Below, piece after piece: positions 57,824 through 64,000 of a DNA stretch of 64,000 nt; position 1 is the stretch's first letter, and each line of letters starts with the position of its first letter. The notes beneath the pieces were generated by a model, which saw nothing but the letters and a program-made list of their open reading frames with translations, did not search any database and was not told where the DNA came from. The position numbers and the translations under genes are program-made. Source of the DNA: an uncultured Gammaproteobacteria bacterium (GTDB lineage: Bacteria; Patescibacteriota; Patescibacteriia; UBA1558; GWA2-36-10); assembly GCA_964638415.1 (NCBI GenBank), contig CAZWYP010000001.1, positions 148,650 to 212,649 of the forward strand. The letters run 5' to 3'.

Positions 57824-59560
57824 ATGAAAAGATTTTTCGGCAAAGCAATAAGTGTATTTTTATTAGTTGGTGTTTTTTTATTTAACCAAGTCTTATTGGC
57901 TCAGGCCGCTACTATTTTTCCATCTCCTAATTCCGGTAGTTATAATATTGGCAAGTCATTCTCGGTTGGTGTTTTTGTTTCCAGCGCCGATCAGGCTATT
58001 AATGCCGTATCGGGAACTTTATCTTTCCCCAAAGATAAATTAGAAGTCACTTCTGTTTCCAAATCTGGTTCAGTTGTTTCTTTGTGGGTGCAGGATCCTT
58101 CTTTCTCCAATAGCGCCGGCACAGTAAGTTTTGAAGGTATTGTGCTTAATCCCGGTTTTACTGGCGCTAGCGGTAGGATTATAACGGTAAATTTCCGCGC
58201 TAAGAATGGCGGTGCTGCGCCGATTACTTTCTCCGCCGGTTCGGTACTGGCTAATGACGGGCAGGGTACTAATATTTTATCTGGCTTAGGCAGTGCTAGA
58301 TATGATATTGAAGTGCCGGTTTCCGGGCCAGCGGCGCCGGAAGCTGAAACCCCCTCAGCGATTATTGGCACACCGCCGGCTCCTTTGGTTTCTTCCCAAA
58401 CCCATGAAGATCCTGATCGCTGGTATAATAATAATCAGCCGCAATTCAGCTGGTCTTTGCCGGAAGGCATAACCGCCGTTAAATTATTGGCAGATAATAA
58501 GCCGCAAAGCGATCCGTCTGTAGTTTATGCCCAGCCGATTAGTTCCCGCAACCTTGATCAGCTGGAAGATGGTATTTGGTATTTCCATATTCAGTTGCAG
58601 AATAGCGTAGGCTGGGGAGGCATTGCCCATTTCCGTTTCCAGATTGATACCAAGAATCCAGAATATTTCAATATTTCGGAAGTAGCCCGCCAAGACTTAA
58701 CTGAGCCATTTGCCAAGTTTATCTTTGAGGCAGCTGATGAAGTTTCCGGTATTGACCATTATGAGATTCAGATTGATAACAATGAAGCTATTGTCTGGCA
58801 GGATGATGGCACTGGTATTTACCAGACGCCAGTTTTAGCGCCAGGCAAGCACCGGATGATGGTTAAGGTCTTTGACGGCGCCGGTAATAGCATTGCCAAT
58901 TTTGCGGAGTTTGAAATTACCGCTTTAACTTTGCCGACTATTAATAATTTCACCAAGGATTTAACCAGCAGCGAGCGCTTCCGGGCTACCGGCAGCTCTT
59001 ATCCTAATGCTCAGGTAATTTTTGAGCTTAATAAATCAGGTGAAGAAACCGTGACGCTTACCGCTAATACAGATGAGCAGGGTAATTTTGATTTAATCAG
59101 TGAAGACCCATTGGTTGACGGCAAGTATAAGTTGAGAGTGAAAGTGGTGGATAGCAGGGGAGCGCAGAGTTTCTGGACAGAGGATTTTGAGGTTAGGGTT
59201 CAGAAACCGGCATTATGGCGCTTCGGCTCGGTTGCCATCAGCGTTTTGTCAGTGATCATCCCGTTGTTTGCTCTAATTACCTTACTAGCATTTATGCTTT
59301 GGTATAGCTGGCATAAGTTCCGCTCTTTCCGCCGTCGGGTAAGCCGAGAAGTCAGCGAAGCAGAAGTGGTTTTACAGAATGCCTTTGCTAATTTAAAAGT
59401 TAGCGTAGCCAACAGGGTAAAGATGTTGGAAAAAACTGGTCAGAAAAGAGATTTAACACCAGAAGAGGCCAGAATGGTTATGCAGCTTCGCAAGGACTTG
59501 GATCGGGCAGAAAGCATTGTCGCCAAGGAAATTAGGGATATTCAGAAAGAAGTAAAGTAG
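57824..59560 (+). CDS. Cohesin-like domain protein 2 (signal, cohesin-like N-domain, Pro-rich linker, Ig-like domains, TM, cytoplasmic coiled-coil tail)
   Basis: N-domain homologous to the preceding gene (INAVSGTLSFPKDKLEV...FRAKNGGAAPITF...ANDGQGT). Confidence 0.55.
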   Translation: MKRFFGKAISVFLLVGVFLFNQVLLAQAATIFPSPNSGSYNIGKSFSVGVFVSSADQAINAVSGTLSFPKDKLEVTSVSKSGSVVSLWVQDPSFSNSAGTVSFEGIVLNPGFTGASGRIITVNFRAKNGGAAPITFSAGSVLANDGQGTNILSGLGSARYDIEVPVSGPAAPEAETPSAIIGTPPAPLVSSQTHEDPDRWYNNNQPQFSWSLPEGITAVKLLADNKPQSDPSVVYAQPISSRNLDQLEDGIWYFHIQLQNSVGWGGIAHFRFQIDTKNPEYFNISEVARQDLTEPFAKFIFEAADEVSGIDHYEIQIDNNEAIVWQDDGTGIYQTPVLAPGKHRMMVKVFDGAGNSIANFAEFEITALTLPTINNFTKDLTSSERFRATGSSYPNAQVIFELNKSGEETVTLTANTDEQGNFDLISEDPLVDGKYKLRVKVVDSRGAQSFWTEDFEVRVQKPALWRFGSVAISVLSVIIPLFALITLLAFMLWYSWHKFRSFRRRVSREVSEAEVVLQNAFANLKVSVANRVKMLEKTGQKRDLTPEEARMVMQLRKDLDRAESIVAKEIRDIQKEVK

Positions 59561-59926
59561 TTAAATTGTTTTTAAGTAAGTTATAAAACCATTGTTTTTA
59601 AGCAATGGTTTTTATAGCTCTTCAAGTATATGTTTTTTTATTGAAATGTGTTATAATAACCCTAGTTAAAAAATGGTTTTTAATAAAAATTATTTATATT
59701 TAACAGTATGGAAAAGAGAGTAAGTTGGAGAAAGGTTATTTTGTATTATAGCGCCATCATCGCTTCAATGACTAGTTTAGGTGGTTTTGTGACTTCTACT
59801 TCAGGGACATATTTTTTGGTGAACGTTTTGTTTTTACCAGTGCCGATTATTCTCTGGCTGACCATTTGGGAGAATAAGAGTAAGAAAGATAATCATTTCA
59901 ACTAATTCTATTTAATTACTAAACCT

Positions 59927-60106
59927 ATGTTTGGCTTAGGAAACAGGGAAATAATCATCATTGCTATTGTGCTAGTATTGTTGTTTGGAGCGAAAAAAAT
60001 ACCAGAATTGGCTAAGAATATTGTGGAAGCCTTCAAACATTTAACCAGTGTTTTCAAGGATGATTCTTCCCAGTCTAAAGATAAATTGACGGAAAATAAA
60101 AAATAA
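59927..60106 (+). CDS. tatA: Twin-arginine translocase subunit TatA/E (59 aa; below the 60-aa ORF-track cutoff)
   Basis: MFGLGNREIIIIAIVLVLLFGAKKIPELAKNIVEAFKHL: TM helix, FG hinge, amphipathic helix as in TatA. Confidence 0.8.
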   Translation: MFGLGNREIIIIAIVLVLLFGAKKIPELAKNIVEAFKHLTSVFKDDSSQSKDKLTENKK

Positions 60107-60121
60107 AAATAAACTGCGAAC

Positions 60122-60739
60122 TTGATGCTTGTCTCGCGCTATTCTTTTAAATTTTTGTCGCGGGCGGAAGTAAGGAATATCCGCCAGTCTTTGTATCCCG
60201 CTAAAGCCGATACAGCTAATGCTTCAGCAGCAGTAAGAGATGAGAGCAAGCGTTCTTTTCTCAAGCTAGCCGGTTTAGTTGGCTTGGGAGTATTTACCTC
60301 TTCTTTAATACCCAAAAAAGCCAAGGCTTTAGTTTTTGGCTCCACGCCTGCTTCCAATGTGGTAGGCGTCAAGAATGAGAGCGATGTCAGAATTAATCCG
60401 GCTACGGAGGAAACTCTCGGCTCGTTATTAACTGGTCAGGAAGTCAATAAATTGTCTACCAGTTTGTCTTCTTCAGGCAATGTGTTAGTGCCGGCTTCTG
60501 GCAAGAAAATTAGAGTGTATAGCACTCGTTTTTCTTTAACCGCTGATCTTACTTCAGTTTCTTTCCGCTTTACTTCCGGCGGCACTGACCACGAAAAATA
60601 TGTCAGTCCTAAAACTGGGGGCCTGTATGGCGCTAATAACCACCCTAATTTCGTAGAAGGCGGCATTGATGAAGCTTTATATTGCGTTATTTCCGGCACC
60701 GGCACTGTGCAAATTAATATTGATTATTTAGAAATATAA
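60122..60739 (+). CDS. Hypothetical exported protein with a KR-type twin-arginine-like signal (SKRSFLKLAGLVGLGVF...AKA)
   Basis: Matches the S/T-R-R-x-F-L-K consensus with a K-R variant, an h-region and AxA; directly downstream of tatA. Confidence 0.5.
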   Translation: MMLVSRYSFKFLSRAEVRNIRQSLYPAKADTANASAAVRDESKRSFLKLAGLVGLGVFTSSLIPKKAKALVFGSTPASNVVGVKNESDVRINPATEETLGSLLTGQEVNKLSTSLSSSGNVLVPASGKKIRVYSTRFSLTADLTSVSFRFTSGGTDHEKYVSPKTGGLYGANNHPNFVEGGIDEALYCVISGTGTVQINIDYLEI

Positions 60740-60751
60740 TAAAAAAATACT

Positions 60752-62899
60752 ATGGCCAAAAGAGTAGTTGAACATGTTTTCACCGGTGCAACAGTTTCTT
60801 ATACCGCTTATGATTCCACTAAAACAGTTCTAGGTGAAATGATCCAGCAGCAGACTGGCGCTAATCCCAAAGATAAATATGCCGGACCAATGCCCATTGG
60901 TTTAGCTAGGCCAATGGAAGCTGGTACTGCGATCTCCAGTGCCTATCCTCACGCCATTACTTTCAGTGATGATTTGATTTGGGTATTTTTGGCGGAAATC
61001 AGTACGGCGGCAGCAACTAGAAAAATTAGTGCTTATTCTTTCACTAAATCTACTAATGTTTTTGATTGGTTAGGTTATATTACCTTGACTTTCCCTCCTA
61101 ACACAGCTCATACCGTTCGTGGATTTCGTGTGAGTCGCGAACTTTATACCACCGGTACAGCATCAGCTAGCGGCACGGCTGTAACGGGAACTGGCACCGC
61201 TTGGTCAGCGAGTTTATTAGCAGCAGGCTGTCGGATAGGATTTGGATCAGCTGATCCTACCCAAATTACCACTTGGTACGAAATTTCCTCCATTGGAGGT
61301 GACACCTCTATTACTTTAACGGCCACAGCTGGCACAGTGGTTGATGGCCCCTATGTTATTGAAGATTTGCGAGCAGTAGTTTCAACAACTAATGCCACTT
61401 TAACTAATGGTGGTTTATTTGTAGCAAAGGGTTTAAGAATTGAAAACTTTAATAGCTCTGGAACAACCATTCCGGCCGCTACCACTACTGACAATATCCG
61501 AGCGGTTTATTGGCTGGCTGACGCTGCCACAGTTACCAATACCATTGCTTGCGGTTGCGCCATTGATGATAAAGTCTCTTGGACCGAGCAATACGTTTAT
61601 ATTATTGATGGTACTACTACGACTTGCCGGGTTTACAAATATAATATTAGAGCATCGCTTACCTCTTTATCTTCAGGTAAAAGTACAGCCGCTTGGTCTT
61701 TGACTACGGGAGCGCAAACTCCAACCGGCACGGTGTCCCAAGCTAATAATGGAAGAATTGGTGCTTTGAATCATAATCCAGATGCCGGCACTAAATTTTT
61801 ATATTTTGTTTCAACCACGCGTGTTCTCAGGGCTTTAGTCAGCGGTTTGACTAGTGGTAATACTTCTTGGCAGACTGACACAATGATGGAAGTCCCGCCT
61901 GGCGGATCCTCGACTTTTACGGTCAGCGGCGCCCTGTCTTCTTGCGAAATTTCCAGCATTATCGATCGTTTGGTGATTGTCAGCACTGGTGCAGCTAGCC
62001 AGCGCGGTTATGTGACTAAATTTTATACCGATGGTTCCAATTTTGATCACATTTTCTTAGTTGATGATAAACAGCTGGATCAGAGCTCAGCTGACAGCGG
62101 CGGAGTCACGCACCCGGGAATTTCGACCTCAGCTTTTTCTATTTGGTCAGAGCAAGGCATATTGTTTCTTTGTCGAGGCACTACTTCCGCTACTTCCAAT
62201 CAGTTATACAGTATGCCACTCGGTGCTCATTGGACTTATGCCGGTAATGCCGTAAAACAGCGTTTGATTACTCCGGTCTTAGCTTTGCCAGACATCTCGT
62301 CCTTCGGTAGAATTTTTGTTAATGCCGCTGTGCAATTAGGCAGCGGCACGATGGGTTTACCACCGGAGCCTTATCGTGTTTATTATCGGACCGAAGGTAT
62401 TGATGATGATAGTGGTGATTGGACGCTAATTTCTCAGCACGCGACTGCCGGTGATACTATGGATTTAAGCTCGGTTAGCGCGACTTCGCAAATTCAATTA
62501 ATGTTTGAATTTAAAACAATTGGAGGATATTGTATTCCCGCCAGAATTTACAGTTGTGGAGTAATTTATGAAGATAACACTACAGATTCTCATTATCAAC
62601 CATCAGTTGGTCAATCATCAATAACCAATAAATATTTTGCCTGGAGATTTTCCACCGCTTTTGGTTCTACAGTGCCGACCCTAACCATTAAATTATATGA
62701 TGCTGTTACTGCAGGTTTATTATTAACCGATGATACTGCCAGCCAAGCTAATGGAACTTTTGAAAAGAGTACTGATGGTGGGCAAAGTTGGGGAGCTTAT
62801 AATACCACCGACAAAGCTAATGAAACAACCTATATCCGTTATACGCCCAGTTCTTTGGCTGACAATATTAAAGTTAGAGCTTTACTAACTAGAGTTTAA
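60752..62899 (+). CDS. Large hypothetical Thr/Gly/Ser-rich beta-rich protein (715 aa), no N-terminal signal, GC-rich
   Basis: ORF only. Confidence 0.5.
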   Translation: MAKRVVEHVFTGATVSYTAYDSTKTVLGEMIQQQTGANPKDKYAGPMPIGLARPMEAGTAISSAYPHAITFSDDLIWVFLAEISTAAATRKISAYSFTKSTNVFDWLGYITLTFPPNTAHTVRGFRVSRELYTTGTASASGTAVTGTGTAWSASLLAAGCRIGFGSADPTQITTWYEISSIGGDTSITLTATAGTVVDGPYVIEDLRAVVSTTNATLTNGGLFVAKGLRIENFNSSGTTIPAATTTDNIRAVYWLADAATVTNTIACGCAIDDKVSWTEQYVYIIDGTTTTCRVYKYNIRASLTSLSSGKSTAAWSLTTGAQTPTGTVSQANNGRIGALNHNPDAGTKFLYFVSTTRVLRALVSGLTSGNTSWQTDTMMEVPPGGSSTFTVSGALSSCEISSIIDRLVIVSTGAASQRGYVTKFYTDGSNFDHIFLVDDKQLDQSSADSGGVTHPGISTSAFSIWSEQGILFLCRGTTSATSNQLYSMPLGAHWTYAGNAVKQRLITPVLALPDISSFGRIFVNAAVQLGSGTMGLPPEPYRVYYRTEGIDDDSGDWTLISQHATAGDTMDLSSVSATSQIQLMFEFKTIGGYCIPARIYSCGVIYEDNTTDSHYQPSVGQSSITNKYFAWRFSTAFGSTVPTLTIKLYDAVTAGLLLTDDTASQANGTFEKSTDGGQSWGAYNTTDKANETTYIRYTPSSLADNIKVRALLTRV

Positions 62900-62908
62900 A
62901 TTAAATTT

Positions 62909-63466
62909 ATGGTTCACATTGATCAACATCAAGCTGTGCCCGAACGGGAAGATCTAAAGGTTTTTAGCCCGACTGGGGATTATCAGGATAACGATTTAAT
63001 TGATTGTTATAAAATAACTGATCCCAGTTTTCCAATCTGTTCATTCCAGGCCCAATTTATTAAGTACGGTTCCTTAGTTTACAAATTTAATTCAGAGGAT
63101 TTATTAGCTGAGGAAATTATGAAAATTGACCCAGAGTCAATTCACGATTCGGTAGTTTTTTATAAAGAGGATAAGCAGAGGAAAAAGATGAGAGAAGAGG
63201 GTAAATTAAAACCTGAAAAACCGGATAGCCCAGTTGTGCCGGAACCGTTACCGCCAGTCCAAGAGGAGGAAATAATTCCTACTCCTATTCCTGAACCAAC
63301 ACCAGAAATAATCCCAGAAAAACCAGTTGTAATACCTAATGAAGAAGTAGTTCCTACTCCACCTTCAATCACCCCGGAGGCTACTCCTGATGTTATAGAT
63401 TATGGGTCAGATATTCCCAGTGTTGAGGATCGGAAGAAACTTTATAAGTATTTACCAAAAGAATAA
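62909..63466 (+). CDS. Hypothetical protein with a Pro-rich C-terminal half (PEP(L/T)P.. repeats)
   Basis: ORF only. Confidence 0.5.
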   Translation: MVHIDQHQAVPEREDLKVFSPTGDYQDNDLIDCYKITDPSFPICSFQAQFIKYGSLVYKFNSEDLLAEEIMKIDPESIHDSVVFYKEDKQRKKMREEGKLKPEKPDSPVVPEPLPPVQEEEIIPTPIPEPTPEIIPEKPVVIPNEEVVPTPPSITPEATPDVIDYGSDIPSVEDRKKLYKYLPKE

Positions 63467-63634
63467 ATGGCTTTATCTGATATAAATTTTCAAGAATCCG
63501 AAGGCCAGGATTTTATCCTAGAATTACCAGCCGGCACTTTAAATTCCCCGGATGATATATTAGCGGAAGCTGACGGCGGTTTGTTATTGATGGAAGAACC
63601 GGCTAAAGGTGATATTTTTATTATGTCTGAATAA
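63467..63634 (+). CDS. Small acidic protein (55 aa); ATG overlaps the upstream stop
   Basis: Read manually; not in the ORF track because it is under 60 aa. Confidence 0.35.
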   Translation: MALSDINFQESEGQDFILELPAGTLNSPDDILAEADGGLLLMEEPAKGDIFIMSE

Positions 63635-63635
63635 T

Positions 63636-64000
63636 ATGGGGGAAGTTAATAGAAAATTAACTGACTATTACCAGTACTTTGACGATATCAGGCAGAGGAT
63701 ATACGGATTAGCAATTATCTTTACCTTGTTCTTTATTGTCGGTTTTGCTGGCTCCGCCCAGATTTTAAAAGTGATTATTAGTTTCTTTAAATTAGAAAAT
63801 GTGGCTATTGTCATTACTTCCCCTTTTCAGTTTCTGGATTTAGCTATGAGCATTGGCGTTTATACCGGTTTGATTATTTGTTTGCCCCTGTTTATTTACC
63901 ACCTCTATGCTTTTTTAAAAGACAGTTTGTATAAAAAAGAAAGGAAATTGTTTTTCTGGCTATTGCCTATTGGCTTATTATTATTTTCCGCCGGTTTTAC
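63636..64000 (+). CDS. tatC: Twin-arginine translocase subunit TatC, N-terminal part (continues past the window end)
   Basis: Manual translation MGEVNRKLTDYYQYFDDIRQRIYGLAIIF...TSPFQFLD...PLFIYHLYAFLKDSLYKKERKLFFWLLPIGLLLF matches the TatC pattern (compare PLLFYQIWAFIAPGLY..ER). Confidence 0.75.
   Translation, partial: MGEVNRKLTDYYQYFDDIRQRIYGLAIIFTLFFIVGFAGSAQILKVIISFFKLENVAIVITSPFQFLDLAMSIGVYTGLIICLPLFIYHLYAFLKDSLYKKERKLFFWLLPIGLLLFSAGF

Overview
This 64-kb window comes from a low-GC, compact bacterial genome. Inferring from gene content and small, tightly packed genes, the source is possibly a Patescibacteria/CPR-like or similarly reduced lineage. It uses the standard genetic code and has no rRNA or CRISPR.

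The backbone is housekeeping:
- Replication and repair: gyrA C-terminus, ruvB, uvrD/pcrA, uvrC, uvrA.
- tRNA modification: queH-queA and a bacterial Elp3.
- Translation and RNA: ychF, trpS, rnj, tRNA-Ser(GGA).
- Metabolism: folD-glyA, ppsA, murI, pgm/manB, a D-2-hydroxyacid dehydrogenase, a FabG-like SDR.
- Chaperonin: groES-groEL behind a textbook sigma70 promoter overlapped by a perfect CIRCE operator.
- Other: secG, an ABC exporter and an orphan family-5 substrate-binding protein.

Several accessory loci are interspersed.
1. A tyrosine-recombinase module (9.2-11.3 kb) carries two opposite-strand small genes, one with a HEPN-like Rx4H motif. Each gene is bracketed exactly by short inverted repeats that include integron-core-like GTTAGGC/GCCTAAC.
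2. A DnaQ-like exonuclease fused to a WYL domain sits directly after uvrD.
3. A GC-rich intergenic block (16.56-16.98 kb) holds a candidate sRNA of about 220 nt on the minus strand, with its own TTGACA/TATATT promoter and a strong terminator.
4. A secreted protein, a NOX/ferric-reductase-like flavocytochrome and a cytochrome b5 form one cluster.
5. A cell-surface island (50.6-59.6 kb) contains a 1355-aa Asp-box (BNR) protein built from three near-identical ~1.26-kb nucleotide repeats. It also contains a dockerin-bearing Cys-rich/poly-Gly protein and two membrane-anchored cohesin-like proteins.
6. tatA and tatC are split by four genes, the first of which carries a KR-type twin-arginine-like signal.

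Several GC-rich genes look acquired: an OMP-like beta-barrel, an internally duplicated basic protein, a Cys-rich mini-protein between uvrC and uvrA, and two small ORFs next to the tRNA. An identical 35-nt palindromic terminator occurs twice, on either side of the ABC exporter.

All calls are from reading the sequence and ORF translations; no database search was possible. Coordinates of features not in the ORF track may be off by 1-3 nt.
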